A DNA stretch of 62,949 bases, filler included, from Kipferlia bialata (taxonomy: Eukaryota), in the NCBI GenBank assembly GCA_003568945.1. It is 6 parts of 6 records of this genome, joined end to end, with 100 filler letters (N's around TTAATTAATTAA, not from the genome) between each part and the next. Parts side by side here need not be neighbours in the genome. Positions count along the whole stretch, not along the records: positions 1 to 11,374 come from BDIP01001247.1; positions 11,475 to 22,843 come from BDIP01001248.1; 4 more parts are not named here. One strand, 5' to 3'. The position numbers were made by a program, and so were the translations under genes. The number at the start of each line of letters is the position of its first letter. Position 1 is the stretch's first letter. Below are positions 1-12,059 of this stretch, one piece after another. The notes under the pieces are model-generated. The model ran no database searches and was not told the origin of the DNA. It saw nothing but the letters and a program-made list of their open reading frames with translations.

Positions 1-147
1 TTTTTTTTTTCCTCCCCCCCCCCCCCCCCCCCCCCCCACCTGGCTCTAATACATAGCCGCCTTCCCCTTTCTCTCTCCCTTTATATTTTTCCCTATCTAT
101 TTTTTCTTCTCTTTGTATACAGTACTCTCAACCCTGATACCCTCAGA

Positions 148-3100
148 CCCCCGCCCCGTTCTCCGGTGGCCACAACACCCACCCCGTCAGCCACTGTGTC
201 AGGTATACATATGTTGTATCTACAAGTATCCATGTATCTGTTTGTCTATATGATACTGATACTAATGTCAGCCTGGGGAGGGAGGGTGTGATGTGCTACA
301 GCACCACGGCCAAGAAGGTATATTTGTACTATTTCTGGGAGTTAGTATCAATTGTATAGATTCACTCTGTACCCTCTCTGCACCATTTCTACAGCTGTAA
401 GGCCAAGGAGGTAGACTACTTCATATATTATAGAAATTCTGAACACACTCGATGCCTGTCAGATTACATATAGATGTATCACCATATTAATATCCCTCTT
501 TCCTTTCTCTTATGTACACTTCGTATATGGGTATATAGTACTCCTCCTCCCTCTTTCTTGATATATATACCCTTACATTTATCCGTATGGATCCTCTGTC
601 AGCTTCTCTCCCTCTTTACTGATGCGGTGAGACCATTGGTATACTATAGCATATGTATGTACTATATGCCTATCTTTAAGAGAGTCCGTTAGATAGCATA
701 TGGGACTTCTTGTAATAACTTACGCGATAGCTGATGGTCTGGGATCACTGGAACACGGAGGCCAGGGGAGAGGAGAACTCTGGGAGAATGGGGTCTCTAT
801 CTCAGAGTGGAGGTAAGTGTATATGTATAGAGTACTCTATATGGGTGTATTGCACTCTCTGTATTGCCCTCCTACTATCCCACCATAAGGTGTTGTGCCG
901 CAGCTCCTGTCTGTCTACAGTGTGCCTTGGGGTATAGCTGACCTCATAGCGATGGAGAGGGTGGGGGGCAAGGTATCTACCGTACAAAGCAAGTAGAGTA
1001 TAGGCATGATACATACACTTGTGTATGTATATTCATGAAGGTATTCTAGGTATATATGCTGGTTCTGTTTGATATGATGGGGGGCAAGGTATCTAAAGTA
1101 TCAACGAAGTAGAGTGCATACACTATGGATATATGTATGACTATTATCCAACTGACTTGCTTGTGTATATGTGTATGTAAATGTTTGATATGCTGTCTCT
1201 GTTTGAGAGGGATTGGGGGAACTTCCTATGCGCCTTATACATGCATTTGTGTGTGTGGGTAGTTATGAGAGTGCATAGTGGAAAGGTGAGTCGGGAGTTG
1301 TTCGTAGATGCATACGTGGAGAGTATTATATTGTCATTCGTGCCCAGGTATCTCATCCCAGGTGCTCTTCCTCATTCTGACCCCCAACTGCACCGTTACT
1401 GTGTACACATATGCCATAGACACAATGGACTTCACAGCCACTCAGCTGGAAGGGCAGAGGTACTGATACTGATACTGACACTGATACTGATACTGATACT
1501 GAAGATGATACTGAAGATGATACTGATACTGATANNNNNNNNNNNNNNNNNNNNNNNNNNNNNNNNNNNNNNNNNNNNNNNNNNNNNNNNNNNNNNNNNN
1601 NNNNNNNNNNNNNNNNNNNNNNNNNNNNNNNNNNNNNNNNNNNNNNNNNNNNNNNNNNNNNNNNNNNNNNNNNNNNNNNNNNNNNNNNNNNNNNNNNNNN
1701 NNNNNNNNNNNNNNNNNNNNNNNNNNNNNNNNNNNNNNNNNNNNNNNNNNNNNNNNNNNNNNNNNNNNNNNNNNNNNNNNNNNNNNNNNNNNNNNNNNNN
1801 NNNNNNNNNNNNNNNNNNNNNNNNNNNNNNNNNNNNNNNNNNNNNNNNNNNNNNNNNNNNNNNNNNNNNNNNNNNNNNNNNNNNNNNNNNNNNNTATAAT
1901 ACTAGTATGTCTGTGTCTGGAGGGAATGCTGGTGCTGCTGGGAGGTATAGTGTATATATACTAGTATATATACATATATATAGTATATAATACTAGTATG
2001 TGTGTGTCTGGAGGGAATGCTGGTGCTGCTGGGAGGTATATTATATGTTTGTGTGTGTGTGTACATCTATTTAATCCTTGTGACCAGTATAAGATGCTAT
2101 AGGGTCGATATTTAGTCGAACTTTGTAGCATCTCCCAGTTTCTTGTGAACTCAATTTACGGCTTCTCTTCTCTTGTTGCCGCTCACCCTAGTCTCCCACG
2201 GTCACTCAGTTGCCTACACCCTCGACCCTGAGAATCTTCAGAAGGTAAAAGAAGATAGAACTGAGCCAGGTTATAATCCAAAGCTTCACAATACTTCACG
2301 CAGTAATTACCACAACTCTCTGTGTTGTAATCAATGTATAGTTGTGATTAGTTTATACCTCTATACCTTGTTCAAAGGCGTAGTTGGTATCCCCACCTCC
2401 AGGATATGGTATGTATATACATGTATTAGTGGGACTAATATATATAGTTTATATAGAGGGAGAGAGTGACTAATCCCAGGGCTTCACCGCAGTGACAGGT
2501 GCCTCTATGACGCTGAGTGCCTATCTGCACGTGTCTCAGGATGAGGTACTGAGTATGTGTACTATATATATCCTCATATATTCAAATATTTGGTATATAG
2601 TTAATACTATATCTTTATATATGGCGCATTCATTTGCTAGGTAGTCCGCCTGGACGTTGGACACACTTCATAATGTGTATCAATACATATATATATATAT
2701 ATGTATATGAGTGTGCCAAATGCACTTGCACCTGGGAAGAGGCGCTACAGTTGTAGAGTAGACTATACATCGGTTGATCTCTCCGTTCATGATTGCTTCA
2801 TCGTGTACCATCGTCACGGATAGTGTAACGACTTGTCACAATGTACTCACTTGTAGGGCGGGCATTCTGCTACAGTTTTCTCGTGCCGCACTGAGCGAGA
2901 CCTGTTTGTACACAGAGGTATAGGATACAGTGTAGAGTGTATAGACTATTCACTATTCAGAGTGTACACTTATAGATAGCCATACTGATGGGTACATGGG
3001 TGTCCTAATCTAGTACCTTAGTGTTGCTATTTGTACTGATACTGATACCCAGCACTAGGTGGAACACCTATAGGTATATCTGGTACTATGGGGCAGGCCG

Positions 3101-4323
3101 CCTCCTCCGCCATGGTTAGCAGGGTCTGCCACTCCTCCTTCAGCCTAGCCGGGGGGTTCACATCTAGGTCTGAGTTCAAGTCCAACTCGGCGCCGATATT
3201 CTTCTCAGGTATCAGATGTTTGATTGATATGCAAATATATATGACACACATATCGATAGTTACCATGTATGTGTATGAACCTCGGAACATGTACTCGTGT
3301 CAGATATGTGGTTGATATGTATGCTATAACGTATTCCTATTGTATACATATATTGGATTGAAATCTTGGTACTCGACACTCTATTCAGGTATCAGTTACA
3401 TTGAATTGGCATCATTTGTTTCTTTCCATATGTAATAGCTACGTGTTTTTGTCTGCTGTTATAGGATCGATGTCAGTGATATGTAAGGGATACTATATAT
3501 GATATATATATATATATATATGATACTATATCTTCCACTGCGGCAACTGTCAGGATGATATGTTCATTGATACTACTTACATGCACATATATATCCATAT
3601 ACTGACGTCAGGATGCCCTCTAGGTGTCATACCTCAAATAGGAGCCGCTCAGGTACAGATGCAGTATCAGTGTCTTGACTATCAGTTGATGATTCAGTAT
3701 CAGTATCAGTATCAGTGCATATAGTACTGATCCCAGGCCCGTGTGCAACTATACGACCCTATCAGTGGCACTCTCTCCCACTCCACTGGGGAGCACGCTC
3801 CTAAGAGGTTGGGCACGTACATCAGGGATATGTCTCTGACTCTATCAGCTAGGCTAGACCCAGGTAATTAACTGGTGGATGTGATTCATTGATGATAATG
3901 ACTATTTCTAAATTAGTAGTAATTTACTAATCCTCCATACTCACTTACAGATCGTTGTCTCGTATTCCTCCAGAACATACAGAGAGGGGGACACCTAGTG
4001 GACTATGAGGTGTCAGTCAACCCAGAGCATTCAGGTACTTCCACAACGAGTGTTGCTTGTGACAAGCAAGTTGCTTGTCACAAGTGTTTGCTGGGACCTT
4101 GTCTACGCTTGACTCTAAATATTGTAGTCATAGCGGCGTCATCGTATATATGTGTATTTACTCCTATTTCCTACCCACAGGCCAAGACGTGGGTGCCTGG
4201 ACCAATCTGTTCATCGAGGAGGAGCAGTATGCCGAGAGGGTTGTTAGGAGACACAAACACAAAATGGAGAGACAGGGAGGGGGGTTCGGTGTGCGAAGGA
4301 ACCCCTTTGGAAGAAGAGGCTAG
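148..4323 (+). CDS. Multi-exon hypothetical protein (5' partial; contains an N gap)
   Basis: Series of GC-richer exons flanked by (C/T)AG and GT. The last two splice in frame: ...DRCLVFLQNIQRGGHLVDYEVSVNPEHS|GQDVGAWTNLFIEEEQYAERVVRRHKHKMERQGGGFGVRRNPFGRRG-stop at 4323. No family recognised. Confidence 0.5.
1462..1534. repeat. (ATACTG)n hexamer microsatellite running into an assembly gap
   Basis: tactgatactgatactgacactgatactg... seen directly; similar short tracts near 3700, 44425 and 55695. Confidence 0.85.
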
Positions 4324-4605
4324 GGAGGAATGAGACAGGGCCTGTCACTGACAGGAGCAGGGTGATGGGTAAATCACTATGTTTCATTTTACACAGTGTT
4401 TAGTATCTGGACGATCGGGAATAAAGTGTAAGATATAGCTATGTAACTGAGGCAGATAGATCTGCCAAGCAGTCAGAACGATATGGAGATAGACTACTAA
4501 GGAAGATTGTTCGGCCTATCTTACATGAGGGAAGTACAAAGCGTCTAGGAACCAGAGCCACACTGTGAATTTCCTGAGTATACAACTATGTCTTGTATCT
4601 TCTAT

Positions 4606-7600
4606 TCACATATCCTTTGAATCGACCCCTACGGTGTTTGACTGGCCACGCACCTCCCGATGCCATCTATCCCTGTTGTCTGTGGCATTGAACAGAAGGG
4701 CAGAGACCAGTGTCACGCCACTCGTCATATCAGTCTGGTGTCAGGGTGTCATACTGTACATACTACCTTTGAACATAATGTACCCACCTGTCTCATGTGT
4801 GACAGTAGCCCTGTCAACAGAGGTATCACTTTGCTCCCAATGAACATGATCTGTGCCACACATGTAGTCTCGCAGGTGCCCCACTCTGATCTAGGCACAG
4901 AGGGTAGACGCCGACACGGCACGATTAGACCTTGCATAAATTGTGGCTTGTGATTGGTTGATAAGTGGTAGTCAGTACCTGCCTTCACCCCCTTTGCCCC
5001 TGACTCAAATGCCTCTTGCATCGCATGGCGCCCAAATCTGGGATGAGACACAATTTGTATATATTACATATAGTGGGCAACAAGTGTTATCGGCGAGAAC
5101 TGGTAAGGTGGGTAGGTGTCTGTAGTACAGACTCTGTACCTAGAAGCCACTTTCCAGGGTCGTGCTGAGTTGCCAACATATGCCGCAGTGACTATAGCAC
5201 TGGCAAGTACTGACTGGGAATGACCTGTTGTGAGGCTGATAATAGCCACAGATGGAGCACTGGCATAAAGTACCATACCTAGTTCACTGTCTGGGTCTGC
5301 TAGGGCACTTGGCAGCACAGCCTCTGCCTTGACTCTATCGTATAGGAACACAGCAGGAGATAGGCGCCTCAGCTGGAAGCAAGTATCTGTGGACAATGTT
5401 GTGCTCATGACTAGTCTCTTTGCAAACGCCACTGCCCCAGCCGGTCCCAGAGATACACCGCACCCAATCAGGACACCGGCTAATAGAGACGCCGCCTGGT
5501 GATCAGTCAATGATTATCGCTCTCACATCTGTATCCAGATGTAGATGGATAGATAGTCACCTGCTTCTGTATGGGACACTCTCTCCCATGCATGGTCACA
5601 ATAGGGTTGTCAGTGCCGCACAGGTAGGCTCTGGTCACCCCAGGGTGGTCCATATTGACAGAGATCACAGACAACATAGTAAGTAGCTGAAGCAGAGAGG
5701 GCAGGACCACGGTTCCACTCTCAGATGCCTGGAATTGATAAGGTGTTTGGGATGTATATCCGTCTTTGCTGAGGGTATACCACATAACTATAATACAATA
5801 CTCTATATACACCACTATACTCAGTCACTTGGAGAAGGGCATTGTCATATTTTCGATACTGGGAGACTTACATGGATCGAGTTGCAAAGCAGTAACGCCA
5901 GTTGCAACGCATCAAGCGTCTGAATTGTATTATGGAACTCGTTCTTGTGATGCATCCTGAGGGAAGTAACAGAGTGCACAGTGTGTGCTACACACTATAC
6001 ATAGACAACAACTGTTGATACCTGTATATGGTAAACAGCACTTTGACCAGGTCCTTGATGTTGATATGCGCTGACAATGGGGTGTGGGCCTCATGCGTGT
6101 AGGCATACATGAAGAGCCAGCCGAAGCCAAATCCACCGAGTTGCTTATCGAGTACACGGGCGTCAAACGCAGTCTCAGTACATGCCCTCTCTAGGGCTGT
6201 ATGGCACTCCCAGTCAGCTGCTGTGAGTATTGAGGTATCTAGAGATAGCTATCAGTCAATCGTGTTTTGCAATAGTACTACGATGGAGATGCCAATATTT
6301 GACTCACCATATAGCATGTAGAAGCGCTTGATCAGGCAGTCTACACAGTGGTCGCAGGAGTTGAGTACCATATACGGTCTAAAAAGGTCACGAGGCAGAG
6401 TGATATGGTCATCTTTCACCGGCTTCAGTGTATGGGGTAGGAAGTAAGACTCCATCTGGCCTCGAGGCATATCCGGCGACCTCACAATACTACGCGATAG
6501 ACAATCGTCTAGAATCAGGCTGCTCGAGGAACTACACACATCTGCGTCAGGTGTGTTAGTTGCAAAGCTACTTTCTGGGGTTACGTGTCTGTCTCTCTTT
6601 CGTAGCATCTTGTTAGGCAGGCGTTGTGCATACCCAGCAACCAGGGTAGGTACCCCCTTGGCGTCATGCCTCACTGCAGACCTGGGGTATGCAAAAGGTT
6701 AAAGAGTTGAACACAAACTGAATTCTGTGTAATTACTCCAGGTTATCACATGACTGTAGACACAAGCAATACTAAGTACCCATATGACTGCATCCTTGCA
6801 TAGGTGCCATTCGGCAGAAGCTGTCTGTAGATGCAGTTGTACTCTCCACTCCCAAAGAAGGCCTCGCTGAAGGCCGTGTACATCTGATGTATCAGTTCAA
6901 CAGTAACAATGATAAATTTCACGTGTAGTGAAAGGTTTACCAATGTCTGAAGAGACTCCTATATGAGAGGAGACAGTAGATGCGGCTTACATTCTGGACA
7001 TCGTCTGGGTGCACGTTAAAGGGAATGGCCACGATCTCCTTGGCCTCTCCCTCCTTGGTGTGTATGCCCAGCAAGTTGAGCCATGCCTTGTACACAGTGA
7101 TGTGGGCCATCAATGGTGCACCTGAAGATGAGAGGAAGACTGTACTTCTCTCTTCGAACGATGAGCTACTAACATACTCAATCTACTAAGGGTAATTCTA
7201 TACAAGGTTAGAGTACTTCAAACTCTTCCACCGGGAGACTTCTAAACAGCTGAGTATTTTGACACACATACCGTCCTGGTGTCTCATGTAGAAACTGGCT
7301 CTCAAGGGTCTCTGGTTGTCACCACATAGACCGGTAGTCACTATAGGTTTTTCCTCTATTGTGAAAGATCCACCATCAGCGTGGTGAGCAAACGCATCAA
7401 TAGGGATGTCTTCCCTGGTATGAGAGCCACCCCACAAGGGGGTACAATACTGTAGCTCAGGTAATGATACCATCCGTAGCAATGCCATACCTTGGGTAGG
7501 GTAGGTAGAAGACCCCGCCTGCGTCAGCGGATATGGGGGACTGTGAGGACTCGGTTGGTTCTGATGAGGGAACAGTGTTGCTTTCCTCGTACTCTTCCGA

Positions 7601-9619
7601 AGTAGTGCAAGGGGACGGCGAGAATATCATAGAGAGTGAGGGACCTGTTAGTGCACTTGTGCCACCACGGGGACCCACTACCACACAGTCTCCTCCCATT
7701 GACATAGACGAGTCTTCCGAGAAAGAGAGTGAGGTCGACGTGTACTCGGGAATGTCGTGATCATAGAGCAGTCTATCTATGGTGCGTCTCAGTTGCTGGG
7801 TGCCCGTGTTACGGGCCCTGCCTGTCAGAGTATATACTTTAATACAGCCATATGTATCTGATGAGGAGGATCACATATGTATCAATACCATACCTGTGTC
7901 CTGTGGGTATTAGTGGTGTCTGTGTCCTGGCCTTGTACAGGCTATGTGTAATCACAGACGATATCAGAGTCTTAACACGGCCGTGCAGAGCACCAAACAC
8001 AGGTTCCGCACTGACACCCTTGGAGTAAGTGGATGAGAGCGACAGAAGTTTAGACGATAAAGCTGATAGAGTACAAGTATTGCTGCGATACTATATACCT
8101 GAAGAGTACCGACCAGATCATCCGCAAGGGTTTCTACATCACACACACACTCCCTACACTCATGGGTACAGTGGCATACCCCGACACACCCACACCCACA
8201 CTCTGGACAGACTGAGGGTGTGCACCACTCCTGCACATCCTGTAGTCGGGTACCTATAGAACGCAGTAGGCGCCTACCACAGGGTAACATATACCGGAGT
8301 GGCCTCCATCGAGATATCCAGAGCAGAAAGTCTAGGTAGAGGCATGTGATACCGCTAATCAGTGGAGTCTGCACAGACTGGGGGGGCTTGTTGAATATGT
8401 CTAACGGAGAGGTCAGTATATGGAGCGAGACACACACAAGCATCCGGTGGCAGTTCTCGGTACTTGGGGGTGCCGCACAACAGGGCATGGAGGTGGACAC
8501 GAGGCTGGTACATGCAGGTATCTCAGCTGATGGCGTCCGTGCTAGCAGTACCCGTGTACGTGCGGCTATGTCGTCTCGCATAAGCGTTGTATACTCCTCT
8601 GATAGGGTCGTCATATTCAGCCTAACGTATCTGATGGTGAAATATGTCACTCCCAAAGAGCGTACAATAATGACTTGAGTGGCAGATCATATGTTTTTAT
8701 GAGTAAAGACCGACTAATACCTGAGGCACTCTCTCGCTAGCAGCTCTGTGGTAGACCAGTCGGTGTGAGGATGGACGCCGTTTCCATCCGTGTAGACACC
8801 TAGGTAGTGGTGCTGTCGATACGCTGACTCAGAGAGAAGGAGAGTCCTTCTCACTAAGTAGTGTGTGTGCAGGGGAGACAATCCTGTCTGTATGAGATCG
8901 ATAAATACCACGACTGTGACTAGGTAGCGTGACAAGTGTGTTGGCACAAGTGATACGCTAGCCACAATAGTACACAGCATAGTGGTGAGCACTGTCCCTC
9001 TCACGGATGACCTCTGGAACAGCCGAGAGCGAGGTACACAGACAAGAATGAAACCTCCATACAGCAAGTACAGTTGGAGTATGAACCCCAATATGATTGG
9101 CAGCGTATCTGGCAGAGGTATTGAGAGACCCAGTATGCTCTCTGTCACATGGCACAGGAAGACGAGGATACAACACACACGTGCACTGACAGACAGTAAT
9201 TGCCCCACTGCTTCTCTAAAGTGAAGCCGAGAGTCAGTGAGAGACGTGGTAAGTACAGCAGTCACCCATGCAAGGACACCTGCAGACAGTGCCAGATGAA
9301 TGGCCACAAGAGCATGAACTGCAAGTAACGGGGTCCCACATAGAGCTGGAGAGTCAAAGACAGGCAGAAGCAGATAGTTATATATATGTTATGCCGTTAG
9401 TGTATATCTTAAGCGAAGAGAGTGATGGACAATGAGGTGTCATTGCATCATCTTATACGAACCTGGAACGACCGCCAGACACAAAGCAAGGTGCTTTAGT
9501 AAAGTGTCCCTGTCCAGTCCCTGCGTGAGTCACGTATAGAGGTCTTGTTGTGTGTGTTATCACTCTGTCGTAAGTTCACCCTCTAATTCACTCACCAGTC
9601 TGCAATGTGGGTGTCCCAT
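4606..9619 (-). CDS. Multi-pass membrane protein with PAS/PAC region and degenerate class I cyclic-nucleotide phosphodiesterase domain (probable pseudo-PDE)
   Basis: Hydrophobic N-terminal exons (8714-9340). PAS-like VHPDD (~7010). PAC-like EYNCIYRQLLPNGTYARMQSYG|SAVRHDAKGVPTLVAGY (6640-6850). PDE-like motifs in the expected order: VNMDHPGVTRAYL, LVMSTT, AAYVGNSARPW, QEAFESG, AQIMFIGSKVIPLL, DNRDRW. Junctions checked near 8720 and 7890 keep the frame. The start codon is tentative. Confidence 0.72.
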
Positions 9620-10122
9620 ACAATGGTCACTGTATGGTTGGGTATCCTCTAGGGGACGTCTGTATGAGAGTGGATAGTATACAGTATGTCTTCTATCAGC
9701 CGGTGTTGTTACTATGAGAGGAGAGAGTGGCTCAACAGTACGTCCGGTGCTCCCTCAACATAGAGATACCCTCTGTCACAGAGGCCATGTACCTATGGTC
9801 CACACTGTAGAGTCTACAGTTCCGAGCCTCACTGATATACTACCTGCCGAGGAAGACCTCAACAAGGGTGTGTCAGACTCTACACCCAGACACAGCATTA
9901 TGGATCACCCAGCCATATACCATAGAACAGTGTATGTACTAATAAATCGTTTACTCCTACTCATTCATTATTGAAAGAAGAAACTGGAACAAGTGGTATT
10001 CTGAGAATACTATACTCAGACCCCTGACCCCTGTTGACCCTGTGATCCTAAACTAGAACCTATAGCTCCTAATAACGGACGATCTATTACCACTAACTGT
10101 GTTCCGGTGGTCTATATCTATT

Positions 10123-10848
10123 CTACTCTAGCATCTGGTAGGTGTTCTGCAGCTCATCCTGTACAATGATGGCACGGCCACCGGGACTGCCTGGTATCAG
10201 TCTGAGAACATCTATTCTGTAAATACACATGTATACTGTCACAGTACAGGAACTACCACACAGCCTCTGATCTTGTCAAGCTCACGCGGGTCATCGGTAT
10301 CCATATAGATATATTGCACACAATGTTGATATGAGTTCATTAGCCGTAAGTTGAATACCTAACTTCTCTTCCTTTTCCAGGATACGTGTGGTATAAGACC
10401 ACCCCACAGGAAGGCTTAGCTTGTCACCAAGGGTGGATAGACCATCGAATGTCAGGTCAGCATCAACCATCTGGGTATATGCCTGCATCCTGGGGTTATA
10501 TATAGATATATACAGATACACACCATTGAATTATAGTGGTAGACTACAGAAACTCAATAGCTGAGCGATAAGATGTTGATCCATAGTATCTATACATAGT
10601 ATATATACATGACATGTATATATACTACATCTAACATGTATAATACATGTTGATCCATAATAGTATACCTATATACAACGGGCTCTGCTCCCTCAGACGT
10701 ATGTGTCAGCTCAAACACCCTGGCCCCCTCATACCACATGTACTCGGTGTCTCTCTCCACAGTCTTCTCAGTGTAGTAGGTGTCTCCAAACATGTCCCAA
10801 AGCTGGGAGTTAACGATTCGAATATATTTATTTATATATATACAGGGA

Positions 10849-10882
<34 letters not shown>

Positions 10883-10968
10883 TCACCTTGAGGTTGATGT
10901 CGGCACAGTACTGCATCTGAAGGTCCCCAAACTGGACAGTGCGCCTCTTGTCGTTGTTGGCTGTGCCC
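10123..10968 (-). CDS. Bacterial-type conserved hypothetical protein (5' partial), spliced
   Basis: Four exons: GTANNDKRRTVQFGDLQMQYCADINLK | LWDMFGDTYYTEKTVERDTEYMWYEGARVFELTHTSEGAEPVVYR | MQAYTQMVDADLTFDGLSTLGDKLSLPVGWSYTTRILEKEEK | LIPGSPGGRAIIVQDELQNTYQMLE-stop. From memory, the pattern (GxxVxEL...MQ...LxLPxGW...QDxLxNxY) resembles an uncharacterised bacterial family. Confidence 0.65.
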
Positions 10969-11119
10969 CTGGTATTAGAAGTATATATATATATACTATA
11001 TTAACATTTGAAATATGACAGAGACACTATATGATAGGGGAAGTCTTGGAGAGAGAATGAGAGAGCGAGATTGAGAATCATATCAATTACAACTGTGCCC
11101 CTGGTATTAGAAGTATCTA

Positions 11120-11157
<38 letters not shown>

Positions 11158-11374
11158 TATAGTTATGATAAAGACACAGCGCAATGATGGCGAGATAGAG
11201 AGGATGAGAGAGAGAAAGCTACTGTCTATTAAATAGACTCTATTTAGGGTAGTGCTCTTGTGAGAAGAATAGAGTGAGAGAGTAGGAGAGAAAACAAAGA
11301 GAGTTAATCACTGCAATAGGAGTGCCGCAGGGGGGGGGGGAGGAGGAGAGAGAGAGAGGGAACAAAGCAACCTC

Positions 11375-11474
11375 NNNNNNNNNNNNNNNNNNNNNNNNNN
11401 NNNNNNNNNNNNNNNNNNTTAATTAATTAANNNNNNNNNNNNNNNNNNNNNNNNNNNNNNNNNNNNNNNNNNNN
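11375..11474. other. Artificial contig-joining spacer (N44-TTAATTAATTAA-N44)
   Basis: Exactly 100 nt with a 12-mer that has stops in all six frames; the same spacer recurs five times. Confidence 0.97.
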
Positions 11475-11780
11475 GCACCATGCAGCGCATCGAGACCAGA
11501 CTGGCATAGTATATGTACTCATATATATATAGCCTTATATACTATACATTGTCTGATACCAGGCACCATGCAGCGCATCGACACCAGACTGGCAGAGTAT
11601 ATGTACTCATATGCGTATACATATATATACATATAGCCATATATATATATATATATATATATAGTCTTACACCAGGCACCATGCAGCGCATCCAGACCAG
11701 ACTGGCAGAGTATATGTACTCATATACTTATACACATATATATATATATAGCCTTATATATATATACTGTCTGATACCAG

Positions 11781-12028
11781 GCACCATGCACCGCATCCAG
11801 ACCAGACTGGCTGAGCTCAAGGTCGGTGGACCAGACTCCCAGGACCAGCACCTGTTCCTGAGGTATAGACATATATATATACATATGGTGTGATATATAC
11901 TGTGCTGTTTTGTGTGTGTGTGCACTAACCACCAGGTCTGCCCTTCTGTCTGTGCAGAGCCTCTCTCTGTCTCTCCCTCTCTATCTCTCTCTATACTTAC
12001 CCCCAGGTCTGCCCATCTGTCTGCGCAG

Positions 12029-12059
<31 letters not shown>

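Noticed and set aside
7894..7900. Apparent 7-nt microexon (cag|GACACAG|gt, minus strand)
   Set aside because: It is simply the end of a longer in-frame exon (LYKARTQTPLIPTGHR) of the PDE-like gene.
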